This document shows, in pieces, positions 34,250 through 64,000 of a DNA stretch of 64,000 nucleotides. The position numbers and the translations under genes were made by a program. How positions within the stretch are numbered: the first letter of the stretch is position 1; every line of letters starts with the position of its first letter. Source of the stretch: Antechinus flavipes. Lineage: Eukaryota. The notes beneath the pieces were generated by a model. It had not been told where the DNA came from. It did not search any database and was given only the letters and a program-made list of their open reading frames with translations. The stretch covers positions 616,528,001 through 616,592,000 of the forward strand of contig NC_067400.1 of assembly GCF_016432865.1 (NCBI RefSeq), given 5' to 3'.

Positions 34250-34900
34250 GAATCCAGGGAGGTGAAACCACTGGAAAGAACGGGGGGGGGGGGGGGGGGA
34301 ATAGAGCCATTGGAGAGACTGGGGGGAGGGGGAGAAAACCTAGAAGGTAGAGACCATTGGGAGACGGGAGGAGGGGGAAGAGACCTTTGGGAAAGCTGCA
34401 GGGGGGGGAGATGAACCTGGGAGGCAGAAACTATTGGGGAGACTGGGGGAAGGGGAAGAGAACCCTGGGGAGGTAGAGACCATTGGGAGACTGGGGTGGG
34501 GGAAAGGACCTGGGTGGGAGAGACCATTGGGAAGAATGAGGGGGAAGAGAACTCTGGGAGATAAGAGACCATTGAGAAGAATGGGGGTGGGGGAAGGAAG
34601 AGAACCCTGGGGTGATGGCGGCCACTGGAAAGGGCAGGGGGAGAACCTTGATGTAGTAGAGATCTTTGGGAGAATGGGGGGAGAGAACCAAGAATCCTGA
34701 GGAGGTAGAGACCAGTGGAGAGAGTGGGGAAGGAAGAGAAGCCTGGGTGGTAGAGACCATTGGGAGGAGGGGGTAGTGGGAGAGACAAACCCGGGGGTGG
34801 TAGAAACCATTAGGGTAGGGGGGGTCTGACACTAGAGAGGAAGAGACTATTAAGATGAGAATGGAGGGGAGGTAGAGACTTGGGGTGGGGACAACCTTAG
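34250..34900 (+). repeat. Degenerate ~45-48-bp purine/G-rich minisatellite in SYMPK intron 1
   Basis: agagaccattgggaga..gggg..gaagagaaccctgggg recurring about 13 times. Confidence 0.8.
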
Positions 34901-36084
34901 AGTAGTACAGATCATTAGGAAAAGAACTTTGGGGAGAGCTGCTGAGAGGCAGTGAGTGGGGATAGCTTTGGGTGGCAAATGTCCTTGGAGGAGGGCCTGA
35001 GGAGGGTAATGGAGAGCACCTCCAGAGGCTGTCCTAGAGCACAATGGGGAAGGATCTTGGGGGATAACCTTGGGTGGAAGAGAACCTGAGAGCAGGGAAA
35101 GAAATGGTCTGATGGGATGGGAGGGGGGAAACTCCACTCCTGGGAGAGTTGATCGGTGGGGAGGACCAGAGGTTTCTGATTGTGCTAACCCCTAGGTGCT
35201 GTGGCACGGGGCTAATCACTAATCTCCCCCAGCCTCACTTTATTCTGAATGGGGATCCTGGTACCTGAGGATCCCATGGGATAACTTTTGTAAAACGCTT
35301 TGCCAGGGCTTTAGATGTCAGCTGTTAACTAGGGGGGAGGCAGGAGCAGGGGCTGAGATGGACAGTGAGGAAGGTTTCTGGGTGGGCACTAAGAAGTATT
35401 CTCTGGGTGAGGGGGGCTGCTAGCAGAGATGAGGGGGAGGGGATGGATTAGAGTCATCGGTTACTATGTGCTCAATGCTGAAGGTGACCCAAAAATGACT
35501 TAGACCCCTCCTGAAGGCAGCTTAGGGTCATCAGTGTCTAAGAGGGAGTGTTGGGTGTTCAGATGAGGGGGACAGCTCTTGAATGTTCTCTGTAAACCCT
35601 TAAAGTATTCCATAAATGAGAGCTGCTGTTACCATTCTCAGGGGCCTTCCATCTCTGTAACCCTAACTTCGAAGGTTTCTTCCAGTTTTGTTGCCCAGGG
35701 CAACTAGGGGAGGCTGGACCTGGGCCAGCAAATAGATGAGCAGACGTGCTCTTCCAGCTGTCCACTGTCCCCTAGCTGGGGAGAAGGGGACAAATCAGAT
35801 CATCAATTGTGTCTCAAAGTCCCGACTTGAGCACAGACCTTTATTTTTGAGCTCCAAATCCCAAGGGACCAAGAGAATCTCCCAGAAGCCTAAAGTAGAG
35901 TTTAGGCTGTCCCAAACTCCTTTGAGCTCACAGAGGGAGGAGATCTCCAGGCCCTAGGCAGGCAGGCCATTATGGAGACTTCAGTAAGAACATGGCTTCC
36001 TAGACTCATGTCATCATAGAAGTTACCTGGCATAGAGTAGGGGGAAATGGCCTGGATTTGGGGTCAGAGTACAGGATGCACAGG

Positions 36085-36270
36085 CAGCGGGGCCCAGTGT
36101 CAGGCAAATCTGAGTTCAAATCTAGGCTCAGACACTAGCTGGGTGACCCTGGGCAAGCTTTAACTTCTGTTTGCCTCAGTTTCCTCATCTGTAAAGTAGG
36201 GATGGTAAAGGCATCTCTTCATAGAGGCCAAATGAGGTGGTTTATGTAACACAGTATGGGCTATATAAAT
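36085..36270 (+). mobile_element. MIR SINE
   Basis: tgagttcaaatctaggctcagacactagctgggtgaccctgggcaag...gcctcagtttcctcatctgtaaagtaggg. Confidence 0.75.
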
Positions 36271-37567
36271 GCTTATTCCTGTTCCACCCCACACCCCTGC
36301 CCCAGACCTCCCTCAACTCTCCCAAGATGTTATCTCACCCCTCCAGCCACGGGCAGCTTACCACCTCCCAAGGCAGGACACAAGCAGGGTCCAAATCCTG
36401 CATCTGAGGTGCACTCGAGTCAAATCCCTTAATGTCTCAGTGCCATTGGCGCCTTGGGCAGCCATTGTTGGGGATGTTCTCCCCATGGGGCAGGGGGGTT
36501 CCTTGTGTCAGACCATGGCCCGACACTTTTCATCCTCAGGCTGAGCTCCATTCGGCCTCTGCAGTTCTGAGCTGGTGCTCCCTGGCAGGCCTTTGCAGGA
36601 CGGGCTCAGAAACAGGAGGGAGGCCAGCAGGGCCTCCCCAAGCCAGGCTGGTAGTCTCAGGAGTGCCCTGCAGGCAGCCTCCTTCATTCAGGCAAAGAAC
36701 AACTGTCTCCTCTGTGTAGTTGTAATCGGTCTCATTGGGATGAGATCATGGGGTCAGGGACCTGGAGACCCTGTTTTAAAGGGGAGACATCAGTTTCAAG
36801 GTGATAGAAGTGGAAAGCAGGATGTGTACCCAGGACCTCTGACTAAACCTCAGGCTTCATGCTGGAGATGCAGGATGTTGGAAAGGGGCCGATGTAAATA
36901 GCAATTACAGCTAGCTTCCAGACAGGCTATTCCACACCCTTCCATTTTAAAGATGGAGAAACTGAGGCCCACAGTGGGGAAAGGAGCACCAGCATCTTAA
37001 ATATCTGAGCCTAGATTTGAATCCAGGGAGTTCCCTTCTGGTTTGGTCAGCCACTGTGTGTGCGACCTTTCCCCCTGAAATGAGCAGCAATTCCTCCCTC
37101 TCCTTGAAGGCAGCATGGCCTATTGGAGGGGGGGAAGGGGCATCAAGAAGACTAGCATTTGAGAGGTATCAGATACTCCCTGGCTTTGGGGCCTCAGGTC
37201 AATCAGTCCCCCCAGTTCTCAGTCTGCTTTTGGAGTAGGAGATGCCTTCTTAATCTAGGGTCAGGAAAACCCCTGAGCAGTTCACTTACCTTGTGCCTCA
37301 GTTTCCTTATGTGCAAAGTGTGATGATGGCTGTGGTGAGGTCATCTCTGTAGGGGGAAAGGGGCCCCTTGGATGGTTGTCACCATCTCTCTGGGCCCGGA
37401 GAAAGGGCACTTCCTCTCAGGCTGTTCTCTCTCCTTCTCCCAAGGGCTGGGACTGAGTAGAAGCAGGCAGAGTCTAGGGAACTGGGGGCAGGGCAGAGGG
37501 AGAGACTTCCCGAATTCCCAGAGCCCTCTGCCCTTCCTCCCTTCAGGGCGAGGATCTGACTGGAGCC

Positions 37568-55401
<17,834 letters not shown>

Positions 55402-55468
55402 CGGACCGTGGGGGAGGGGGCGGGACGCGGGGGCGGGGGGCGGGGGAGGGGAGGGGTCATTCCTTTGC

Positions 55469-55474
55469 AATAAA
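55469..55474 (+). terminator. SYMPK poly(A) signal
   Basis: AATAAA 68 nt after the stop, then GU-rich ctgtgcttgtggtgttttt. Confidence 0.85.
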
Positions 55475-55519
55475 GAGGCCTGTCTGGTCCCGGCTGTGCT
55501 TGTGGTGTTTTTCTGGTGG

Positions 55520-55932
55520 GAGGGGCTGCCTCGCGGGCTAATCCTGGGGGAGGGGGGAAGGCTGCCCCGCGAGGGACTGAGTCGCCCCGTGGGCTTCTGG
55601 GCCACCTGGGGATCGCCGCGCTTGAGAAGCGCAGCACACAGCAGGCGCTTAAGAAACGCGCTTTGCTCCGCATCGGGGATGGGGTTGGACAGCGGGGAGC
55701 TCCCGGGGGGCGCCTGCGCAGTTCGGGGCCTCTGTTCGCGCCCCCCCCACTCCTTCCCCCCGCGGGCAGCTCCGGCCCGGGCCTCCCCTGCCACTGCGCC
55801 TGCGTGGCCCTAGCAGGGCCCGCGGCAGCCGGTCCCGCGCCGCCGGCCGGGTAACAGTTGCCCCAGGCGACAGGACGCTCTGAGCCCCGGGCATTTGTTC
55901 TGAGTCCCGGCTTGGGGACAGCGGGACTCGCC
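55520..55932 (+). promoter_or_regulatory. RSPH6A promoter/5' UTR with RFX X-box-like and NRF1-like motifs
   Basis: GTTGCCCCAGGCGAC 55857-55871 preceded by GGGTAAC; GCGCCTGCGCA 55710-55720 and TGCGCCTGCG ~55794. Confidence 0.55.
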
Positions 55933-56543
55933 ATGGAGGGGCAGCCTCCGCCCGAGGAGGAGGAGGAGAGCGAGGAGAGCCAGCAGAGGCAGGCGAGGCG
56001 GGCCCGGCGGGCCAGTGTGGGTCGGACCGGGTCGGCCTCCGAGACCGCCGAGCCTGGCGATGTGTCCGCCCGCGCATCCCAAGCCAGCGTGGGGGCGCCG
56101 GCGTCCCAAACCAGCCTCAGGTGGTCCCTGCCCGCGGGGTCGATGTCCAGCCTGGGGCTGCGGATCGAAGACCTGGACGAGGAGAGCACGTCCCAGATGG
56201 ACACCCTCAGCCTGACGGGCCGGGTCCCGAGCCACGGCAGCATGCCCGAAAACTTCCCCGGGGGCTTGGACGCTTCCCAGTACGGCTTCTTCCAGCCCAT
56301 GGACTTCCACACCGCCATGTTCCAGCCCGAGCCCGTGCTGTCCTCCGGCAGCTTCCAGCCCGACGAGGAGGAGGAGCCTCACGGTCCCTACGCCCTGGAC
56401 GACCCGCAGTACCGAGGCTCTCACCTGGACCCCGGCTTCGGCCCCTTTGACTACGAGCTGCCCGAGCCCGAGCCCCGGGAACTCATGATACAGAACGCCA
56501 AGGCCTACCTGCTGAAGACCAGCGTCAAGTGTGACCTTAGCCT
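55933..56543 (+). CDS. RSPH6A: Radial spoke head 6 homolog A, exon 1
   Basis: gccATGG start; ends PEPEPRELMIQNAKAYLLKTSVKCDLS(L), matching RSPH6A/RSPH4A; donor gtgagc, phase 2; synteny after SYMPK. Confidence 0.88.
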
Positions 56544-57297
56544 GTGAGCTGTGGGCAGCCCCAGGCCGGGAGCCGCTGGGGCAGTGCGCCCCCCTCCCCT
56601 ACCCAAGGGCAGGAAGGGCTGGGAGGGCTCTGAGCGCCCCCAACCCTGGGCTCCACCGGCCCTGGAGCGCCCGGGGGAGGCGGGGCAGAGCTCCCAGGCG
56701 GCCTGGGCCCTGGCACTTCTCCCACAAGCCCCAGCTTCTGCATCTAGAAAAGGATTGTTCTTGTCCCCAGAGCTGTAGAAACAAGGGGAAGGGATGGCCC
56801 TCGCCAGACACCAGAGGCCAAAACGATTCTTAGAGACCATTTTGTGGGAATAGGAGACCCTCTGGTTTTGCAGAGACAGAAACTGAGGCCCAGGACCCAC
56901 CCCTTGTTGCACCAAGTTCAGGCCCTGATCTCAGCATCCCTGAGTCTCCACAATTCAGAATTCTGAAACTCACCTTTCTGCCCCTAAAACAGCTCCTGTC
57001 ATTCCTCAGCATCTTGTTCTTCCCCGACCATGAACCTCCCCGTCCCAGCGGCTCTCCCTCTGCCCCCAAGCTACCACCCTGACCAGTCTCCCTCTTCTCC
57101 CCTCTTCTCTACTGTCAAACTCCTTGACATCCCCCTCCCCTTATTCTTTCCTCCTTTGCTTGTTTCCGATGAAGAGCTATGTCCTTGCTAAGGGTGGCCT
57201 TTCTCTCCCATACCCCACCCCTTGGAACCCCTCTCCCCATAGTCTTCAATTTGTCCCTGGGCCACAAACATAGCTAGGTTTAAAAAAACAAGACAAG

Positions 57298-57449
57298 GGG
57301 CAGCTGGGGGGCTCAGGGGAGAGAGCACCGGCCCTGAAGTCGGGAGGACCTGAGTTCAAATGTGATGCAAGACACTTACTAGCTGTGTGACCTTGGACAA
57401 GTCACTTAATCCCAATTGCCTCAGCAAAAAAAAAAAAAAAAAAAAAAAA
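57298..57449 (+). mobile_element. WSINE1-like SINE with A tail
   Basis: ggggcagctgg...gagcaccggccctgaagtcgggaggacctgagttcaaa...cccaattgcctcagc(A)n. Confidence 0.85.
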
Positions 57450-57459
57450 CCTTTTCCAG

Positions 57460-58360
57460 GATATGATCCTGCATTCTCCCTTGCAAAGTCCAAATCCCTG
57501 AAGAAAAGTTCTGTCTCCATTTTCTCTCCCCATTTTGTTTGCAACCTGGCTTCCAGATTACCACTTAATGGGGCTTCTGTCTTCAAGATGACCGAGCAGA
57601 TCTCTCGATTGCCCCCTCTCCTCCCTTCTGAGATATCCTTCCACTTCCCTGCGCTTTTTACCAGATCCCCTCCCCCGCCAATGCTTCTTTTCCAGTTGTC
57701 TGAAGGTTCTGGCCTGCTCCTCGTGGAACATCACTCGGGGCCTGGTCAGTGACTCGGGTTCGGTTATCTCTCTAATTCCCACCCCCGCCTCTCTGCTGAG
57801 CTAGCCTCCCTCGTCCCTCTTTCCCTCATTTTGTTAGGGGCACCATCATCCGGTCACCACAATTCACGACCTCAGCACTGGCTCCCGCGCTCTCCCGTGC
57901 TCCCCCCAACCAGACGATGGCCGAATCTTACGAGCCGACGTCCGAGCTGGCTCGTCTACTCACGTGGCCACCTCTTGCCCAGACCCCTGTAACACCCCCC
58001 GCCGGGTTCTCAACTCCTGGCCTTTCCCTTCTGCAACATACACTCCATAAGGCTTCTAAAACCCACGTGTCACTCCCCTGCTCAAGAAGTCTCCATGGCT
58101 CCCTATTACTTCCAGGGGCAAATGCATCTGGTATTCAAGCCCTTTCTGATGTGGCTCTTGTCCAGCTTTCCAGTGACACACAAGTAATCTTTCTTGGTTC
58201 GTTCTACATTCAATTCGATTCAATAAGCATCTGCTTTTTGAGGTGGCAGCCAAAAAAGGGTGCTTTCCCATACTCGGCTCCTTGCTAACCCCCAAACACT
58301 TCAAGCCTTTGCCAGGGCTCCTCTGCCTCTCAGAACCCCAGGCCTCCCTCTGGGCTGCTT
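57460..58360 (+). mobile_element. Degenerate L2 fragment
   Basis: L2-like blocks (gtcactcccctgctcaagaagtctccatggctccctatt..., tcaagccctttc). Confidence 0.55.
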
Positions 58361-60058
58361 CAAGGTGACCTTAAACCCTCCCCCCTCAAGTCATCACGTG
58401 CTTCAGCCCCTCCCCAATAGAACCCCCCCCCCCAAGTCACTGGTTTCTCTATTGCATCTTAACACCAGCAGAAGCCTCATCCGCAGAAAGGGCGTCAGGA
58501 ACACTTGGATTGGACTGGATTAGAAGATGCCCCCGCAGTGAGGGGGCGAGCCAGGGCTCCTGTCTTCCATCCCCCCCTTCCCTGGGAGAATTGTTCTTTC
58601 TGTTCTGTTCTGTTCTTTCCAATGCTTCCGGCGCAGTTCGGTATCAACACCTTCTGGGAGGTCAAAGGCCTTAGACTCAGATCCTGGCTTTGCTGCTGAG
58701 ACTTGTGTGCCCTCAGCTCCCCTAGCCTCAGTTTCTCCATCTGTGACATGACGGGATGTGCTCTAAGATCCGTATGTCCTCATCATAGGCCCAGGAGGGA
58801 GGGGTTGTCAATCCTCCTTTCAGAGGGAGAAACTGAGGTCCAGATAGTGGGAGGGCTTGAATGCAGTCACACAGCATTAGGGAGGACACTGGGCAGCACT
58901 AGAACCCAGGACCCAGGACTCGGCCCTTCCCTTTGTCTTGGGAAGCCCCCAGTCTGGTCAGGAGAGCAGAATGACTCTTTGCTTCTCCTTTCTCTCTCTT
59001 CTCNNNNNNNNNNNNNNNNNNNNNNNNNNNNNNNNNNNNNNNNNNNNNNNNNNNNNNNNNNNNNNNNNNNNNNNNNNNNNNNNNNNNNNNNNNNNNNNNN
59101 NNNNNNNNNNNNNNNNNNNNNNNNNNNNNNNNNNNNNNNNNNNNNNNNNNNNNNNNNNNNNNNNNNNNNNNNNNNNNNNNNNNNNNNNNNNNNNNNNNNN
59201 NNNNNNNNNNNNNNNNNNNNNNNNNNNNNNNNNNNNNNNNNNNNNNNNNNNNNNNNNNNNNNNNNNNNNNNNNNNNNNNNNNNNNNNNNNNNNNNNNNNN
59301 NNNNNAAGCCTTTCTGGGGTGACTGAGCACTAAGGCACAGGGAGAGATTTTGTGAGGCTTCAACAAGCACAGAAGGGAGCAACAGGGTCAGGCTGGTGCG
59401 AGAAGGCAGTCTAGGTGTCCAGAATGGCCCGGGCAAAGGTTTGGAGGTGAGAAAGTGCCCAGCCTGGAAAAGACTGGCAGAAGCTGATTCTAGATATACA
59501 AGATGCGTGAGATGGACACGTGACACCCCGATCCTCAGTGACGGGGGCCCAGTTTCAAGCCTTGGTTCTGCTCTTACCTTCCTGCAGGACTTTGGGCAAA
59601 TCCAGAGGTGGACGGGAAGTGGGGGAGGACTCGGCTCAGTATTTGAATCTGGGCTTGGTTGCTTCTACTCTGTGGTCTTGGGCCTGTCTCTTAGCAAGTC
59701 TGGACCTGAAATAAAAAGGTTGGATCTCTGAGATCCTTTCTGTCGCCGAGAGTCTCATCACTAGTCTTACGATTCCTGGATCCCGGCCTGATGGGATAGA
59801 GTCATGTAGGGACTTGGTGAGGGTGTGGAGGCTTCGAAGAGTAGGCTAAGGAGACCCCATGGGCCATGGACCTCCAGGAAGGGCCCCTGAGCAAGAGAGG
59901 GACACGATGAATTCTGCCTCACATGGTTGGGGGGGGGGGCAGACAAGCCGATCCCTAAAGCCCCTTTGCCTCCTGACCACCGCTCGCCTCCTCCCCCAGC
60001 CCGCTTTGTGGGGAGATGGGAGCCCGGCTAGTCGTTCTCAGATTCTCCGTCCTTGCAG

Positions 60059-60290
60059 GTACGAGCACCTGGTGAACTTGCTGACCAAGATCCTGAACGA
60101 ACGGCCAGAGGACCCCTTGGCCATCTTGGAGTCCATGAACCGCACGGTCCAGGAGGAATGGTTCCACAAGAAGCTGGATACCCTGAGGGACGACCCCGAG
60201 ATGCAGCCGACCTACGAGATGGCCGAGAAGCAGAAGGTCCTGTTCCTCCGTGGGGCGGGAGAGGGCGAGCAGGAGATGGAAGAGGAGTCC
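60059..60290 (+). CDS. RSPH6A: RSPH6A exon 2 (gene continues beyond the window)
   Basis: YEHLVNLLTKILNERPEDPLAILESMNRT...DTLRDDPEMQPTYEMAEKQK...EQEMEEES; ccttgcag / gtaagt boundaries, phase matches exon 1. Confidence 0.93.
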
Positions 60291-60398
60291 GTAAGTCCGC
60301 CGCCCCATCCCGAGCCCCTCGCGGGTACATGGGGTTGATGTTCTGGGGGACGGGGTGAGGGGGTATGAAGGGGACATTGGGAATAGGGCAGCTGAGAC

Positions 60399-60399
60399 C

Positions 60400-60445
<46 letters not shown>
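60399..60445 (+). repeat. (CA)n microsatellite
   Basis: cacacgcacacaca... run in RSPH6A intron 2. Confidence 0.95.
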
Positions 60446-60447
<2 letters not shown>

Positions 60448-60946
60448 CTCATCTCTAGCCCAAAGTCCATCTCGTCCGAACTTTGCCGTTTCACATGGGA
60501 AACTGAGCCCGGGGAGGTCTGCCAGCAGCCCGTGATCATACAGGCCGTGAGAGCGAGACCAAAAGCCAGGCCCTGCTTCCAAATCCACCCTCCCAGTCTC
60601 TTAGACGAGCAGAAGGTGTTTCACACACTACCCGGCACACAGTTATTGTTTCCCTTTGTTCCCCAAGACAATCAGGGAAGCGGTGACATGCAGGGATGTC
60701 AGGGAGGGAGACTGTGCCAGGTCCCGGCTCCCTTTCCCAGAGCCATCTGGGTCCAGTGGCCAGAGATAGATCAGGAGGACTGAGAGGGGCCCGAGTGATG
60801 ATCCCCAGCAGTCCCTCTGGCCCTGCCTCCCAGCTGAAGAGCGAAGGGGGAGACCTCTCAGATCCGGTTGGAGCTCGTGGTGTCACCGTTAGAAGCCTTC
60901 CCAGCTCTGACTTTCTTCCAGTCTTGACGTTCCATTTTAACATTCT

Positions 60947-61302
60947 TTATTATTATTATTATTATTATAGCTTTTTATTTACAAGTCGTATGCATGGAGA
61001 ATTTTTCAGCATTGACAATTGCAAAACCTTCTGTTCCAATTTTTCCCCTCCTTCCCCCCACCCCCTCCCCCAGATGGCAAGTAGTCCCACACATGTTAAA
61101 TATGTTAAAGTATAAATTAAATACCATATAAGTATACATGTCCAAACAGTTATTCTGCTGCACAAGAAGAATCGGACTCTGAGATAGTGGACAATTAGCC
61201 TTGAAGGAAATCCAAAATGCAGGCGGACAAAAATAGAGGGATTGGGAATTCTATGGAGTAGTTCATAGTCATCTCCCAGAGTTCTCTCGCTGGGTGTAGC
61301 TG
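60947..61302 (-). mobile_element. 5'-truncated L1 3' UTR with (TTA)n tail and perfect 15-bp TSD
   Basis: Same L1 3' UTR family; TSD ccattttaacattct at 60932-60946 and 61303-61317. Confidence 0.92.
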
Positions 61303-61404
61303 CCATTTTAACATTCTAAAACCAAAGAGCCACCATTTACGTCATAAGAGAGAGTAGAAAAAGTGGTTTTTTCCCTTTTTGAACCACTTTATTTATTTTT
61401 TCAT

Positions 61405-61542
61405 TTGTTTTGCTGAGGCAGTTGGGGTTAAGTGACTTGCCCAGGGTCACACAGCTAGGAAGTGTTAAGTATCTGAGGTCACATTTGAACTCAGGTCCTC
61501 CTGACTTCAAGGCTGGTACTCTAACCACTGTGCCACCTAGCC
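61405..61542 (-). mobile_element. WSINE1-like SINE
   Basis: tgaggcagttggggttaagtgacttgcccagggtcacacagctagg...tttgaactcaggtcctcctgacttcaaggctgg. Confidence 0.85.
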
Positions 61543-62049
61543 GTGATGCACTTCATTTTTTTTAATTAGTCATGGGAATTTATTATATAGGAGAATCTCA
61601 GATATATATCCTTTGTTTCATAGCATTAACAATTCATAATAATCAAAAATATTTTTGAAATGAGTCAAAAGAAAAGAATAATTAGATATAAGTTTAGATA
61701 CAGAATTGTGATTTGTATTTAAGCAAAGCAACCCAAAAAAAGCTATTCTTCTATATTCACAACTAGTAGATATAGTATTTTCTGTGTAAAAACAGCAGCA
61801 ATTGAAATCTGTCAAATCAAGTACCTTACAATAAAAAAGAGGAATATGAGAAATTATATTTCAGGCAGATACCATGTCTGGTTGTAAACCTATTTTAAAA
61901 TCCTCCCTCTTTCCCTGTATATATGTGTGTATAGATAGATAGATAAAGATATAGATATATTTGTAACATGTATATATTTTATTACCATTATATTTCTGCT
62001 GTTTTAACATAATATACTGAATAGTTACCTGCATTTATTTGGTGAACCA

Positions 62050-64000
62050 CTTCATTTTTTAAAATATATTTTTTCCAATTAACATATAAAAACAATTTTT
62101 TAACATTAATTTTTAAAATTTTTGAGTTCCTGGGGGCAGCTAGATGGCGCTGTACATTTACTAGCTGTGTGACTCTGGGCAAGTTTCAACCCCAATTGCC
62201 TGGTGGAAAAAAATAGATAGATAAATAAAATGTTGAGTTCCAAATTTCCTCCTTTTCTCTCTCCCCTTCCCTGAGATGGTAAGAAATTTTATATATATTA
62301 TACATTTTAGTCAGGCAAAACATATTTCCATATTGTGAAAGAAGACAGAGACCAAATAATAATAATAATAATAAAGTGAAAAAAAGTATGCTTTGATTCA
62401 CATTCGTACTCCCCCAATTCTTTCCCTGAAGATAGCATTTTTCTGGTTTTTTGGGTGGTTTTTTTGGATAGCATTTTTCATTACGAGTCCTTCGGAATTG
62501 TCTTATATCATTGTATTGCTCAGAAGTGCTAAGTCACTCATAGTTGATCATTATATAATATTGCTGTTATTGTATATAATCCTCTTCTGATTCTGCTCGC
62601 TTTACTTTGTATCAGTTCATGGTAAGTCTTCCCAAGTGTTTTTGAGACCATCTCGCTCGTCATCTCTTATAGCACAATAGTATTCCATTACTATCATATG
62701 TCCAACTTGCCAAGCCGTTCCCCAATTGCTGGACATGCTCTCAATGTTCAATTCTTTGCCATCACAAAAAGAGCTGCTGGCAATACTTTTGTACAAATAA
62801 AAAAATCTCTTTGGGATACAGACCTAAGAGTAGTATTGCTGAGTCAAATGGTAGGCAGTTTGCTAGCCCTTCGGGCATAATTCCAAGTTGCTCTCCAAAA
62901 TGATTGGATCAGTTCCCAACTCTGTAAACACTGCATTAGTGTCCCAATTCTCCCACATCTTCAACATTTATCGTTTTCCTTTTTTGTCATCTTAGTCAAT
63001 CTGATAGGTGTGAGATGGTACCTCAGAATTGTTTTAATTTACATTTCTCTAATCGATAGTGATTTAGAACTTATTTTCACATGGCTGTAGATAGCTTTGA
63101 TTTCTTAGAATGAATTCCCTGTTCATGTCCTTTGACCATTTATCGGTTGGGGAATGTCTTGTATTTGCCTAAATACATTGATTTTGTTCATGCAAACTTC
63201 TGAATTTAACAATCAGATTATTCATTTACATCTAGTAATGTTCTCTATCTCTTATTTGGTCATAAATTCTTTCCTTCTCCATAGATCTGATGAATCAGCT
63301 ATTCCAGGTTTTCTTAATTTATTTATATCTATGTCACCTTTTTTGTCGAAATCATGTACTCATATTAACCTTATCTTGATATATAGTAAAAGATATTGAT
63401 CTATACCTACTTTCTGCTATAGTTTTCCAGTTCTCCCAGCAGCTTTTGTCAAATAGTGAGTTCTTATCCCAAAGGTTTGGATCCTTGGGTTTGTCAAATA
63501 TTAAATACTACTACTATTTCTTCTGGCTACATAAAATAATTTTTTGGTAGATTTGATTGGGTATGGCATTGATTAAATAAATTATTTTAGGTGAATTATC
63601 ATTTTTATTATATTGACTTGGCCTACCTATGAGCAATTGATATTTTTAGATCTGACTTTATTTGTATGAAAAGTGTTTAGAATTTTGTTCATAATGTTCC
63701 TGGATTTGTCTTAGCAGGTAGACTCCCAGGTATTTATTGGTAGCACATAGATATGCTGATAAACATTCATTTCACTTAGGTTGTCAGATTTATTGGCATA
63801 TATATGTATGTACATAAAATTGTTTTTTCTAATAATTGTTTTAGTTTCCTCTTCATTAGTGGTGAATTAATATTTGTCATTTTTGATGCTGATGTGGATT
63901 TATTATATATCCTTCAGCTTTCTTAAAGTCAATTATTTCAACTATTTTTTGATTGATTCTCTAGGATTCTCTAAATATATGCCATCAAATCATCTGCAGA
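62050..64000 (-). mobile_element. Older L1 (3' UTR and ORF2 C-terminal region), continues past the window end; truncated SINE inserted at ~62132-62212
   Basis: Antisense ORF2 words tctgataggtgtgagatggtacctcagaattgttttaatttacatttctctaat (IREMQIKTTLRYHLTP-like) and general AT richness. Confidence 0.75.

Noticed and set aside
62136-62152. CTCF-like motif gcagctagatggcgctg
   Set aside because: Part of the SINE A-box shared by very many copies; no locus-specific support.

Overview
Vertebrate (marsupial) genomic DNA, not microbial: the SINE and L1 3' ends look like those of Australian dasyurid marsupials, possibly Tasmanian devil (inference). The window holds the conserved block IRF2BP1(+) - FOXA3(-) - SYMPK(+) - RSPH6A(+, exons 1-2 only), the gene order of human 19q13.32 beside the DMPK locus. 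I resolved by eye the single-exon IRF2BP1 (579 aa), two-exon FOXA3 (367 aa), all 26 coding exons of SYMPK (3801 nt spliced, 1266 aa) and the first two RSPH6A exons. The rest is CpG islands, L1/L2/MIR/WSINE/hAT fossils (three L1 copies with readable target-site duplications), minisatellites and five N gaps. I see no new protein-coding gene or novel multi-gene system. The best leads are regulatory: a strong HNF1 site about 15 kb 3' of the FOXA3 start, a complete intronic poly(A) site in SYMPK intron 13, an Ig-switch-like GAGCT/GGCCT minisatellite in SYMPK intron 4, an ambiguous upstream ATG for SYMPK, and an ~11-kb TE-filled spacer between FOXA3 and SYMPK. All motif calls are by eye and unverified.
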